From: a virus
Lineage: Duplodnaviria > Heunggongvirae > Uroviricota > Caudoviricetes
Virus record (IMG/VR): IMGVR_UViG_3300025133_000019
Length of the DNA stretch: 64,000 bases
Direction: 5' to 3' (one strand)
A program made the translations under genes and the position numbers. The notes below the pieces were generated by a model. It did no database searches, was not told the DNA's origin, and saw only the letters and a list, made by a program, of their open reading frames with translations. Below, piece after piece: positions 29,762-40,125 of the stretch (position 1 is its first letter; the number at the start of each line of letters is the position of its first letter).

Positions 29762-30313
29762 ATGGTAAAACCTATTAGAATTATAAGTTTTTCTGGCTTT
29801 GGTAACGCAGGAAAGGATTATTTGTTTAAAGCTATTACGGAACAACACAAAGAACAATGCTTTAAAAGATTTGCGTTAGCAGATTTTCTGAAAGAACTAG
29901 CCGGATATATTCTAGGGATGACCGTAAAAGAAGTAGATGAACTAAAAGACCGAGATCCAGAATTTAGACAGCGGATCTTAGATTTCAATTTAAAGGGTCT
30001 AAAAAAGTATGACCCAGATTTACTGGTTAAATATTTTATCAATGAATTCGATAAAAAGCCGATGAATTATATTATAACAGATGTCAGATTCCCAGGAGAA
30101 AAGCAAAGACTAGAAAAATGGGCTGAACAGAGTGAGTGGAATATAAGACTAGATTCAGTTTATATTCATAGCTCCGAAGAAGATTTGAATTATAACTGTG
30201 GAATGTCTATATTGCCCTCTCAATGTGATCATATATATCGAAACGGTAGATCTGGGATCGCTAAACTACTGCTCAAAAGGCTAATGAAGTCTTTGGACTT
30301 AGTGACACTATGA
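29762..30313 (+). CDS. deoxynucleoside monophosphate kinase-like protein
   Basis: ISFSGFGNAGKD, FALADFLKE, IITDVRFPGE. Confidence 0.7.
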   Translation: MVKPIRIISFSGFGNAGKDYLFKAITEQHKEQCFKRFALADFLKELAGYILGMTVKEVDELKDRDPEFRQRILDFNLKGLKKYDPDLLVKYFINEFDKKPMNYIITDVRFPGEKQRLEKWAEQSEWNIRLDSVYIHSSEEDLNYNCGMSILPSQCDHIYRNGRSGIAKLLLKRLMKSLDLVTL

Positions 30314-30540
30314 TAACAGATTCTTATTACACAATTGGCAGAACTCATCAGGTATGCCAGGATTACGCTAGAAGTTGGTATGACTCTGTTGCATTATCAG
30401 ATGGGTGCGGAGGAGCTTGGGATACTGACTTGGGTTCTAGGATCATGGTGGGCACAGCCTTCAAACACGATTTAAATGTATTTGGAAACAAGCAATTCAT
30501 ACCGAAAAATACAGCGCTACCAGAGGCACGGGTGTCCTAG
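30310..30540 (+). pseudogene. N-terminal fragment of PP2C-like phosphatase
   Basis: IGRTHQVCQDYA and VALSDGCGG motifs then loss of similarity. Confidence 0.6.
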
Positions 30541-30641
30541 CAGTTACGCCTAAAAAGCACAATCTCCTTGAGGTTAGCGGGGAAAACGGGGAACTGAAGG
30601 TAAGGAATCTTGATACTAGGACGGATATTTATTCCACTCCT

Positions 30642-31238
30642 ATGCTAATATCTGGAATGATGAGCTACGGTAATACAGTTTATATAAAAAATGGCTCTAA
30701 CATTTTAGAAGCAAGTTTTCTTGAGATGACAAATAAAATTATAGTGACCACTAAAACGGTTGCTAGGACACAAGAAAATTCCTCTGTAGTGTATGACGGA
30801 GTAGTTATCCAGGATATACTAGGATCTCATTTTGCGTCGGTATTTCCGGAACCTGGAGTACACTATCAAATTCCACTTGAAAACCTAAAGGGTTATAAAA
30901 TAGTTGAGGCTAAGTTTGATCACAGGGTGCTGTGTGTTATAGGAGTTAAAAAAGGAATTTATTCCAAATTCCTTTACATGTTTAGAGATAACTTCAGTAA
31001 ACACAATTTTAGAGAAATAAATGATATAGCTATTTCCGACATAAATTTTGTATGTCTAGAAAATGGGATTTGTGCTAGGATTAACGAATCAGAAAATCTA
31101 GAGTTATTCCATATAAATTCCCCTGACGTAAAAGAAATTAAGAGTAACTCTGTTTCATCAGATCTAAGACTTTGTAAAAACAGTCTAAAAGTGCTTGGTC
31201 ATAACGGAAAATTCTTATACCAAATTAAAACTAAATAA
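30642..31238 (+). CDS. C-terminal part of a kinase-associated protein (frame open from 30441, no kinase motifs left)
   Basis: GVVIQDILG..FASVF, YKIVEAKFD, INFVCLENG region recalled from the kinase gene that accompanies nicotinamidase/vWA/PP2C clusters. Confidence 0.5.
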   Translation: MLISGMMSYGNTVYIKNGSNILEASFLEMTNKIIVTTKTVARTQENSSVVYDGVVIQDILGSHFASVFPEPGVHYQIPLENLKGYKIVEAKFDHRVLCVIGVKKGIYSKFLYMFRDNFSKHNFREINDIAISDINFVCLENGICARINESENLELFHINSPDVKEIKSNSVSSDLRLCKNSLKVLGHNGKFLYQIKTK

Positions 31239-31286
31239 AGTTGAACCAAACGTAATTTTGGTTTATACTAAGATAAGGGAGATTAA

Positions 31287-33557
31287 ATGAGCACAAACCA
31301 CAATTTACACAAACTTCCTATGAAAATAGGGGGAAAAGAAAAAGTTCTTGTTATTTATGACCACAAGGATTATTTTTCCAGGGAAGAAAGTCCTTCTGTT
31401 ACTACGTCCCAAGACAGAGCAGGGATTCACTATATTCACGTCATAGACAGAAGTGGATCAATGTACGGTAATATTAATACATTGATAGACAATGTTAAGC
31501 AGTGCGTGAATGAAATGAGGGCATCAGACTTGTTGTCCGTAATTTGGTTCAGTGACCACGATGAGTGCGAAACAGTAATTAAAGGAGCCAAGAGAGGTCC
31601 AGAAATCAATAAACTCTTGGACAACCTTAAATCTGTTGAGAGTATTACCTGTTTCAGCTCTCCATTACGAGAAATAAGAAAGGTTGTCGAAGATCTTAAA
31701 GTGATGTGCCCCGATTTTATGGTAACTTTCTTTACCGATGGGCATCCAGTTACTACTAGCTGGTCTTACTCGGAAGAGCTTAATAAAATAGAAAAAGAGC
31801 TTCTTGAGATGCCAGAGAATGTTATTGCCCTTAATACAGTTGGTTACGGGTACTATAACAAAGAGCTTCTTCAGATTATGAGTCGTGCAAGCACACTAGG
31901 AAAAACTTTTCATAGCCACAATATCAGAGAATACTACGAAATTTTCCAGCACAACCAAGAAAGAACCTTAGGACTTACCACACAAAAAATGGAGTTCTCA
32001 AGCTCTTCTGTGGAAGACCGGATTCTTTTTATGAGCGATAAGGATTCCTCGTTATTTTTGAATAATAGCACTGTTCTTACAAAATGGAGCCAGGACAGGA
32101 ACTTCGTGGTATTCATCTGTGATGAAGCCGGGGAAGTCTGTGTTGACGATTCTGTTTATGAGGTTAATAAACTCCCACAATTAGTAAACGCTACTTTCCA
32201 AGATCACTTTCTTTATACATTAGCATATGAGCTTTATTATGCTGGACACGCCCGAGAATGTTTGGACATATTGTCTCAAAATTTAAGGGACAAGCGTCTT
32301 ATTGATGAGCATCTACAAGCTTTCACTAACCGGGAAAGACAAGCTTTCACAGACCTCTTGTGTAAAGCTTCATTTGACTTGGAATCCCGATTATACGAGG
32401 GTGTAGCGGAACCAGGATACGTCCCAGACGCAAATTCTCCTTGTATCTTAGATTGGTTTATGATACTAGAAGAATCCGAAGAATCTTACTATCTTCCAGA
32501 GAAGACTAGTTATACTAGAACAACCAAGCAAGTAAAAGATACAGACCGAAAATTCAAACGTGGAAGCGCAGAAATTATGGCTCCAGTATCAGACATGATC
32601 TGGGCTAAAGACAGGCTTAACTTGACTTTATCTTATCCTATCGACGGGGTTGTAGATCTGGATACAGATGAAGCTAGTAGAGTGGGACTTCCAGAAGCAA
32701 TTCCAGCTTCGGAGTGGAGAGCCCACACTTTCATTAAAGACGGGGAACCTCATGTGTCATCAGGTACTTTCTTGGTAACACGAGAAACCCTGGATAAACT
32801 AGAAGAAGTAAGTCAAACTTCCAGCGTAGCAGATAACCGGAGAACCGACGGTCTTTTAGAGATTGTCTTGAACTTTGAGGATCTACCAGTTATTAACCAA
32901 AGTTATGTCAAAAGAAGCTTGGATTTGAACACGGTTTTTGACTTGACTATGACTACTCTTAAGCTACAGGCACTGCAAAAAGTCGTCAAGCACTATTCTA
33001 ATGAAATCCAGGAAAACAGGGCTCTTACGCAAAAAGAGAGTCAATTCCAGCACTTAACTTTGGAACAGATAGAAGTCCTTAAGAATCATGGTTTGGACAA
33101 AGAATTGAGGTATAGTCCGGTATCTTCGGAAACAAAATCTTCTAAGGAAGCGGATTACTATGAAGTAAGGGCCTTTGAATTTCAAATCAAAGGGTGTGCT
33201 TCATTGCCTTCCATAGCTAAATTAGGGGAGAAGCTTGCAAAAGTTGCTTCTGGTAATTCTAGGTCGAAACTCAATTTCGTTGAGGAGACTATGAGAGACT
33301 ATGAAGAAGAGCTACAAGAGAAATTCGATTTCGAGAAGCCAAGTTTTGAAACCAGAGATTTGGTGTACAAAGAACTCAAGGAAATTAAACGGGCTTTGAA
33401 GAAAACCAGAGCTTCTTTGAGCTGTTTGAAAATGTCCAGGGTTTTGACTGGAGATTGGTGGCCTGAGTTAGTAGAAGATGACAAAGGTAACTATACTTGG
33501 CAGAACGGCGATCACGTTATGGTGGCCAAAATAGCCAGGAAAAAGCGGTACTTCTAG
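31287..33557 (+). CDS. vWA-domain protein
   Basis: MIDAS motif VIDRSGSM, T in ITCFS, FFTDGH. Confidence 0.85.
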   Translation: MSTNHNLHKLPMKIGGKEKVLVIYDHKDYFSREESPSVTTSQDRAGIHYIHVIDRSGSMYGNINTLIDNVKQCVNEMRASDLLSVIWFSDHDECETVIKGAKRGPEINKLLDNLKSVESITCFSSPLREIRKVVEDLKVMCPDFMVTFFTDGHPVTTSWSYSEELNKIEKELLEMPENVIALNTVGYGYYNKELLQIMSRASTLGKTFHSHNIREYYEIFQHNQERTLGLTTQKMEFSSSSVEDRILFMSDKDSSLFLNNSTVLTKWSQDRNFVVFICDEAGEVCVDDSVYEVNKLPQLVNATFQDHFLYTLAYELYYAGHARECLDILSQNLRDKRLIDEHLQAFTNRERQAFTDLLCKASFDLESRLYEGVAEPGYVPDANSPCILDWFMILEESEESYYLPEKTSYTRTTKQVKDTDRKFKRGSAEIMAPVSDMIWAKDRLNLTLSYPIDGVVDLDTDEASRVGLPEAIPASEWRAHTFIKDGEPHVSSGTFLVTRETLDKLEEVSQTSSVADNRRTDGLLEIVLNFEDLPVINQSYVKRSLDLNTVFDLTMTTLKLQALQKVVKHYSNEIQENRALTQKESQFQHLTLEQIEVLKNHGLDKELRYSPVSSETKSSKEADYYEVRAFEFQIKGCASLPSIAKLGEKLAKVASGNSRSKLNFVEETMRDYEEELQEKFDFEKPSFETRDLVYKELKEIKRALKKTRASLSCLKMSRVLTGDWWPELVEDDKGNYTWQNGDHVMVAKIARKKRYF

Positions 33558-33558
33558 A

Positions 33559-34896
33559 ATGTGGGAGTTTGTCTACGGAACAGTAATTCTGAGTATTCTG
33601 GCGACATTTCGTCAGAAGCTCGGGATATTACTGAGAAGCTCGGTTTCTTATGTGTTTTGCACTGTAGAACTTGATCTAGGTTATACCAAACCAATCGAGG
33701 GCTACTGTAAAGAGTTTTTAAAACGCAGCAAAGTAGGAAACCGAGCTTTTTCTGTGGGCACAATTTTTGTCAATCCTAAAGACAGAGTAGAAGCTGTTGG
33801 ATACGAACAATTTGCCAGTTCTGACACTGTATCAGTGTATTGGATGGGTTTACTGCCATTCCTGGCAAGATACAACAATAACGGTACTGGTGGACGGAAC
33901 ATATCCATAAACTTTCTAAAAGGCACTCTAGACATAGATAAGCTTCTAGTAGACTCTTTGGAATACTATAACGAACTCACCTTCGATAATAAAGAAAAAG
34001 ACAGGTACAAACTAGTAAGAGTTAATGGCGTTAATTTCCAGCACATAGAGGGGAATCAGGGAAACCAGGACAACAAAGCTACTTCATGGGATAAGGCCAT
34101 GAGTTCTAAGGATAAAATAGTTAGCTTGACTGACTATGAAAACAAGAAGTTTCTTAAGTGGGATAAAGAAGATTTAACATTAAAATCTAGTATTCCTGTG
34201 GGTTCTCTGAAAGACTTGAGCCTGGATTCTTATATTCTAGAAGCTGTAGAAGAAGCACGTAGGTGGAAAGAGAGCCAGGAGTGGTATAAAAAGCGAAGCA
34301 TAATCTGGAAAAGAGGGTGGATTTTGCATGGGCAACCCGGAACTGGGAAAACAAGCTTAGCCCGAGCACTGGCCCGTGAACTCAAAATACCTTTGATTGT
34401 CTTTGATTTAAACAGAATTCACAATGAGTTACTGTTCTCTCACTGGGAAAACAGTATACCCAAAGAAGCTCCCTGTATTGTTCTTTTGGAGGATATAGAC
34501 ACCGCTTTTAAAAAGAGGGATGCCCAAAACGCAGGATTGACTTTAGACGCACTCCTCAATTGTTTGGATGGGGTTATTCCTTGTGACGGGGTATTTGTAA
34601 TTATAACCACTAATAATGTTAATGACCTTGATGAAGCTCTAGGAGGCCCGGATAGTGAGGGCCATTTTGCTGAGATGGGTAACAGACCTGGAAGAGTGGA
34701 TCGACTTATAGAAATGCATCCCCTGGACCGAGAAGGTCGTTATAAACTGGCTACAAGAGTCTTGGACGGATTTACTGATAAAATTGAGGAAGTTGTACTT
34801 GCGGGGGAAGGTGAAACCGGGGCTCAATTCCAAGAAAGGTGCTCCAGACTCTCTTTATCTCTTTATTGGAGTAACCATGAACCCAGAGACCTTTAA
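33559..34896 (+). CDS. BCS1-like AAA+ ATPase
   Basis: ILHGQPGTGKTS, VLLEDID, LLNCLDG, ITTNN..LDEAL, RPGRVD. Confidence 0.88.
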   Translation: MWEFVYGTVILSILATFRQKLGILLRSSVSYVFCTVELDLGYTKPIEGYCKEFLKRSKVGNRAFSVGTIFVNPKDRVEAVGYEQFASSDTVSVYWMGLLPFLARYNNNGTGGRNISINFLKGTLDIDKLLVDSLEYYNELTFDNKEKDRYKLVRVNGVNFQHIEGNQGNQDNKATSWDKAMSSKDKIVSLTDYENKKFLKWDKEDLTLKSSIPVGSLKDLSLDSYILEAVEEARRWKESQEWYKKRSIIWKRGWILHGQPGTGKTSLARALARELKIPLIVFDLNRIHNELLFSHWENSIPKEAPCIVLLEDIDTAFKKRDAQNAGLTLDALLNCLDGVIPCDGVFVIITTNNVNDLDEALGGPDSEGHFAEMGNRPGRVDRLIEMHPLDREGRYKLATRVLDGFTDKIEEVVLAGEGETGAQFQERCSRLSLSLYWSNHEPRDL

Positions 34897-35934
34897 AGCC
34901 GATTTATTCGAGGCCAACTTGAATCTAGAGTTGGGGATTCCAGAATACTCTCTGTACTTAGCAGATATGCAGGACCACATAGATCATGGCATACTATAGA
35001 CCACTTACTTAGGAATCATCAAAAGATTAAAACCCTTAAAAGGAGATCCGAGCGAGAAATATTCATCCTTTTTATAGCTAATTTGTATCATGACTCGGTT
35101 TACACTCCTAGTTCTGTGTCTCAAGATGATTTTAACAGGTGGAGTACTGATTCCCTGGAGAAGAGAAGCGCTGATTTTTTAAGTTTGATTGTGATCTAGC
35201 TAAAGACAAAAAGGTAGTTGATTTGATACACAGTATCATTACTTTAACTAATATCAAATATCCTTCTACTAGCTTAGAATTATCAAACACATTTAACCAT
35301 ATAGATAGGGGCATACTGAGGTCCAAATCCTTGGATAACTTAATAGATTGGGAGGACCGTATATTTTGGGAATATCAATTCTGCAACATTGAAAAATATG
35401 TAGACAAAAGAGTAGAATTTTTAAAATCACATAGCCATGATAACAAAAAACTACTGGATCTAATTAGTTATGTTCAAAACAGAAGATATAGTATCGGAGT
35501 TTATCCAGGAAGCTTTAACCCGTTTCATAATGGGCACCTCTCTATTCTGGAGAGGGCTGAGAAAAGCGGATCTTTTGATAAAGTTATTGTTGCTTCTGGT
35601 ATAAACCCTGAAAAGTGCAATGATCCTGATAAGATCAAAGCTAAGAAGAAAATTGGGTTTTAGAGAGATTCTTAGTTATAACGGATTCTTAACTGATGCG
35701 CTAAAAAACTCTGGGGCCACAGTAATCATTAGAGGTCTTAGAGATGGGTACGATCTTAACTACGAATTTAACCAACTCAGATTTTTAGAGGACACGAATG
35801 TTTCTATCCCAACTTTCTTTATAGCCTGTGATGCGCAATACTCTCATCTAAGCTCTTCTGCGTTAAGATCAATTGGGTCTCTCAACCAAAGAGAAGCTAA
35901 GAAGTACATTCCTGAAGACTTAGAAGTCCTCTGA
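34877..35934 (+). pseudogene. coaD: HD-domain phosphohydrolase fused to phosphopantetheine adenylyltransferase, split by three frameshifts
   Basis: PHRSWHTIDH and LYHDSVY (HD), [23 protein letters not shown] motifs spread over four frame segments. Confidence 0.75.
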
Positions 35935-36501
35935 TATTCCTAAAGCATATAAGTCTTGTATTGTGGAAGCGAACCCGGTGTGAAGTATAGCTATCCCGCC
36001 ATGCTCTTTCCATGCAGACGTTTTTTTGTGGTAATCATCTATTAAAATTCTTAAATAATTTTTCTCGTGATCCCGCACTAACAAATTGTCTGTGGTGTGT
36101 TTGAACTTATCACTTTCCAGGATAACTCGTATATCCCCTATGTTCTCTTTTACCCATCTCCGTTTTCCAGCTTTACAAGCAGCAGTTTTTACAGGAGAAC
36201 TCAAGATTATAGGATCGTAGTCTTTAATAGCGTTCCACAACTCTTTTCCATCAGGCATCCAATCCATGTCACCCCAAAATTCTTCGGGAGTGGACAACAA
36301 AAAGTCTTCAAAGGCAGCGTGACCAATAGCTTTTTCCATATCTTTTAGGGCTAAAAACTTGATGTCCGGGTATTTTTCAGGGTTCTCCAGATATTGGGTT
36401 GTTTTGCGAAACCCGGTATGGTAGAATTCAATAGATATCTTATTCAGGTCACATAGACATCCGTCTAAGTCCTGATAAATTAGTATAGGTAATTTTTTCA
36501 T
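35920..36501 (-). CDS. HAD-family 5'(3')-deoxyribonucleotidase
   Basis: YQDLDGCLCD, ILSSP, GKRRWV, ILIDD. Confidence 0.8.
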   Translation of the reverse strand: MKKLPILIYQDLDGCLCDLNKISIEFYHTGFRKTTQYLENPEKYPDIKFLALKDMEKAIGHAAFEDFLLSTPEEFWGDMDWMPDGKELWNAIKDYDPIILSSPVKTAACKAGKRRWVKENIGDIRVILESDKFKHTTDNLLVRDHEKNYLRILIDDYHKKTSAWKEHGGIAILHTGFASTIQDLYALGISEDF

Positions 36502-36525
36502 ATTATTTAAAATTATAACACATTT

Positions 36526-36831
36526 ATGTTAATATGTAAATCCATGATCCAAGAAACTCTTTATATAGAAGCTCTTGAAAAAGAGTTTTATATAGTATAC
36601 CTAAACGCAGAAGAACTCAAGATAAAAGAAGACTGGATAGAATTAAATCACACTATCTCCCCGGATTTGCTTGATGGAATCTTCTCAAATGCTCTTAGAG
36701 AAGCTCACTTGAGATCCTGTTTCGAAGTTAAAGAGAAACTTCATTACTGGAAAGAATCCTTGGAGTCTCTTATAGAAAGTAATAGACACATGAAAGGGTT
36801 TCTGGAGAGGTTAAAGGAAAAAGATGACTAG
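36526..36831 (+). CDS. hypothetical protein
   Basis: 101-aa ORF overlapping the next gene. Confidence 0.5.
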   Translation: MLICKSMIQETLYIEALEKEFYIVYLNAEELKIKEDWIELNHTISPDLLDGIFSNALREAHLRSCFEVKEKLHYWKESLESLIESNRHMKGFLERLKEKDD

Positions 36832-37102
36832 ATATACCAATCCAGTTGACCAGATGCTAAGATCAGATGTTCTCTTTCCGATATATGCTAAAATCGAAGA
36901 ATTAAAAGGAACAGGCTCTTTCGAGGAATTGGACGACTACATTTTAACCGAAACAGAAACTGCTGAAATAGCCACGGCCTTTGTATTAGGATCTTTTGAG
37001 GCTAGAAGCCACCTTAAAAATTGGGTGGAGTGTAGAGATCGAGCCGTAGCTTTATATGAGAGAAAGATAAAAATGTTGGAGCTGATGAAAATTGAGCTGT
37101 AA
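36824..37102 (+). CDS. hypothetical protein
   Basis: 92-aa ORF with AAGGA SD. Confidence 0.5.
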   Translation: MTRYTNPVDQMLRSDVLFPIYAKIEELKGTGSFEELDDYILTETETAEIATAFVLGSFEARSHLKNWVECRDRAVALYERKIKMLELMKIEL

Positions 37103-37319
37103 GAATAAAGACACTAAACACATTATATTTACACTATTAGCCCTAGTGGGAGCTTTAATTATAGGGTCAGCTATAGGACTAATAGTAAAAACACTATTGA
37201 CATAACAGTTTTAAACTCCTTGGGGTTTTGAATTCCATGATATTGACCAGGATGGAGTTACCGTAATCGCAAGCACAAGTTATTGTGGATGCTGTCCGAG
37301 CGATGAGACGCACTTTAAC

Positions 37320-37526
37320 ATGCCCTCGGAATGTTTCTTTTTGAATGACGAAGACTTTGAGGAATTCCTTATTTCTTATTCTTCCGAGCAAGAAGAGGTT
37401 ATTAGAAAGAAAAAACAAGAATCTGTAGAGAAAGAGAAGAGGAAAAAAGAACAAGAAAGGTTAGATAAAGAGAAGAAAGACTTGGAGAAGTTCAAAGAGC
37501 TTCAAGAAAGGTTTGGTGATCGGTAA
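37320..37526 (+). CDS. CxCC-motif paralog 1 (frame open upstream to ~37215 including YCGCC)
   Basis: Upstream in-frame TSYCGCCPSD; K/E-rich coil and EKFKELQERF tail. Confidence 0.5.
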   Translation: MPSECFFLNDEDFEEFLISYSSEQEEVIRKKKQESVEKEKRKKEQERLDKEKKDLEKFKELQERFGDR

Positions 37527-37945
37527 TGAGATCCGAAGAAGGAATATTATCCATAGTAAACAAGTTTGAGAATCTAAAAGTAACAATAGAGGACCGAGCT
37601 GAAAGGTTGTTTCGAATAGAGGGTCAGTACTGTCGTGGAGCCACTTTCAGTCATATAGACAGTAAAAAAGCTAGCGTAAGCATAATGTTAGATGGATGTA
37701 ATTGCTGCTCTCCAGATTACGACAGCATAAATGTTCCCATGGAACTCATTTGCTTATCTGACGAGGATTTCTCGTCTTATATCAAAGATAAACAAATAGA
37801 ACTGGAGGAAAAGAAAGTCAAAAAAGAAGCCAATAAAAAGAAAAAGGAAGAAGCAGATAAGAGGAAAAAAGAGAAAGCAAATGAAAAACGGGAATTATCC
37901 CAGTACAAAAGGCTAAAAGCTAAATACGAAGGAGATAAACAATGA
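37526..37945 (+). CDS. CxCC-motif paralog 2
   Basis: DGCNCCSPD, K/E coil, ELSQYKRLKAKY tail. Confidence 0.65.
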   Translation: MRSEEGILSIVNKFENLKVTIEDRAERLFRIEGQYCRGATFSHIDSKKASVSIMLDGCNCCSPDYDSINVPMELICLSDEDFSSYIKDKQIELEEKKVKKEANKKKKEEADKRKKEKANEKRELSQYKRLKAKYEGDKQ

Positions 37946-38271
37946 AAAAGAAAGTGATTCAATTTATGCTTGATAATTTCGATGAATTCAGAGAACTAGT
38001 CGAAAATAGGGGAGCTAGACTATTAGAAGCTCAGCACTCTTTAAGACTGAGAAATTTCAGTATACAAGAAGCTTGGTCGGCACAAGTAAATCTAGAAGTC
38101 GAATCTCGTGGGTGCAGTTGTTGCTCTGGAGAGTTTAAAACTGTGCGGATAGATTCCGAGTTATTGTGGATGACCCCAGAAAGGTTTGAGGTCCATATAA
38201 ACAATATTAAAGGAAACAAAGAGAGAGAAAAACAGGAGCGAGAAAGGAAAAAGACGAGTATAACAGGTTAA
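37942..38271 (+). CDS. CxCC-motif paralog 3 (tail frameshifted at A run near 38250)
   Basis: RGCSCCSGE; alternative frame ends DEYNRLKEKFE. Confidence 0.6.
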   Translation: MKKKVIQFMLDNFDEFRELVENRGARLLEAQHSLRLRNFSIQEAWSAQVNLEVESRGCSCCSGEFKTVRIDSELLWMTPERFEVHINNIKGNKEREKQERERKKTSITG

Positions 38272-38356
38272 AAGAAAAATTTGAGTAAACATGGTTTACA
38301 TTTCCCATATATTTTTGATATAATATAAGAGTATATTATGTTTAAAAGGATATACT

Positions 38357-38905
38357 ATGAGAACTTTAATTTTAAATCAAGACGGAATGTATTTGAACAC
38401 TGCTAATTGGCAGGATATTATCTATGATGCTTATCTAGAAAACGTGATTGTTCTAGAAGAGTACGAACAGACAGTCAGCAGCCCTAGCGTAACCATGAGG
38501 ATACCTAGTGTGGTGGCGTTAAAGAAATATGTTCCAAATACGTTTAAGCATGTGTACAGATTAAAGTTCTCTAGGGAAAACGTGTTTGCGAGAGACCAGA
38601 ACACTTGTCAGTATTGTGGGACCAAGACTGTTAAGATATCTCAGACTAAAGGAAAAGGACGCAAGGCTCTGTCTAAAAAAAGAGACCTTGAGCACGTTCA
38701 TCCTATAAGTAGGAGCGGTCCTACTATTTGGGAAAATGTGGTTTGTAGCTGTAGATCTTGTAACACTTATAAGAACGACAGAACTCCAGCAGAGGCTAAC
38801 ATGGCTTTGTTGAGAGAGCCTTACGAACCAAGAGATCCTAAAGAGGTACTAGCGATTAAAATAGGATCAATCCAGGAGTCCTGGAAGAAATATTTAGGAC
38901 TTTAG
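38357..38905 (+). CDS. HNH endonuclease
   Basis: RENVFARDQNTCQYCG, LEHVHPISRSG, WENVVCSCRSCN..K. Confidence 0.9.
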   Translation: MRTLILNQDGMYLNTANWQDIIYDAYLENVIVLEEYEQTVSSPSVTMRIPSVVALKKYVPNTFKHVYRLKFSRENVFARDQNTCQYCGTKTVKISQTKGKGRKALSKKRDLEHVHPISRSGPTIWENVVCSCRSCNTYKNDRTPAEANMALLREPYEPRDPKEVLAIKIGSIQESWKKYLGL

Positions 38906-39613
38906 ATCGTATAACTTTTTTTCAAGACCTTCTTTCTCTGAGAGAAGGTCTTTTATTTTATTGTAAATTATGTTTACGAATTTTTGATTTGCGTCAAGTT
39001 TTTTTAGAGGTTCTAGGCTATAATAGTTTCTAGCAATTTTTAGTTGAACAGAGTTTTCCATATTACTTAGAATCATGGACTTCTCTAGAATAAGCCTTTT
39101 CAAAACTTCTACTTGTTCGTCTATCAAACTATCTGATTCGAAAGTTCCTTTTGACACAGCCGAGACTAGAATCCACAGCGAGTTATAATCAAGAGTCTCA
39201 AAAGCTTCTTGGGCTTGTTTAAAAATTTCGTGTTTACTGGGGTCACTGGTTTTATCGGGGTGACATTCCACTGCTATCAAAGAATATAATTCTTTACACA
39301 ACTTCTTAGGAGACTGGGAATCCTTTTCTACAGGAATTTCTGGTTTTACTTCAGGAGTGGGTACATATCTTTGTATATCTACTTTCAATCTTGCTATATC
39401 GGCTTGTACAGGAGGTAACTCAGATGCTAGTACAGAATGATCTGCCTCCATCTCTTCAAAAGCATCCCCTATTTCTCTCTCGTATTCTTCAATGCCTATT
39501 TCAATAGCCGACAGCTCATCTCTCAATGCCTTAAGGGAATCTCCGGTTTTCTCAGATCTCACTATATCTTTAGTCACAAAATCTATAGGGCTAGAATTAA
39601 ATATTTTTATCAT
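38894..39613 (-). CDS. coiled-coil protein with internal J-domain
   Basis: KELYSLIAVECHPDK. Confidence 0.7.
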   Translation of the reverse strand: MIKIFNSSPIDFVTKDIVRSEKTGDSLKALRDELSAIEIGIEEYEREIGDAFEEMEADHSVLASELPPVQADIARLKVDIQRYVPTPEVKPEIPVEKDSQSPKKLCKELYSLIAVECHPDKTSDPSKHEIFKQAQEAFETLDYNSLWILVSAVSKGTFESDSLIDEQVEVLKRLILEKSMILSNMENSVQLKIARNYYSLEPLKKLDANQKFVNIIYNKIKDLLSEKEGLEKKLYDLKS

Positions 39614-39670
39614 AAAGAAAACGGTTGACTCCGGGTATAGTGCATATTATAATAATATAAAGGAGAAATT

Positions 39671-40018
39671 ATGAGTCCAGATTTAAAAGCTATGCAAGAA
39701 AACTGTTTATTTAAACAATGGTATATTAAAGCATTCAAGCGAATGTTGCCTTCTATGCAAAACGATCCCAAACTGAGATCTTTATTCGAAGACCTCCATA
39801 AAATACGAAACGCCAACTTCTGGTTGTTTATCTACGAGAAACATCCTAGGTGTCACGGTAATGTATTCCAGGAATTTAAAAAGTTTTTGGAAACTTCTGG
39901 AATACACAGTGAAAATAACATACCTGACCTTGGAATCTCTAGTGTAGAAACTCTTTTGGAACAAGATCCTAATAAAGTTAAAAAACATATTGACTCGTAC
40001 TTACAAAATTCTGTATAG
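39671..40018 (+). CDS. hypothetical protein
   Basis: 115-aa ORF with AAGGAG SD. Confidence 0.55.
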   Translation: MSPDLKAMQENCLFKQWYIKAFKRMLPSMQNDPKLRSLFEDLHKIRNANFWLFIYEKHPRCHGNVFQEFKKFLETSGIHSENNIPDLGISSVETLLEQDPNKVKKHIDSYLQNSV

Positions 40019-40125
40019 TTGGACTTACTAGCCTAACCCTACCCCTACCCAACTATTGTTTAGAGTTTCCTCATAGACTCTAGGACTTCCTCTGTACGTA
40101 TATGGGGTTTAAAGATCGGTATCAT

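Noticed and set aside
34877-35934. Programmed ribosomal frameshifting in the HD-CoaD gene
   Set aside because: It would need three shifts in different directions with no obvious stimulatory structures, and similar indels occur throughout the window.
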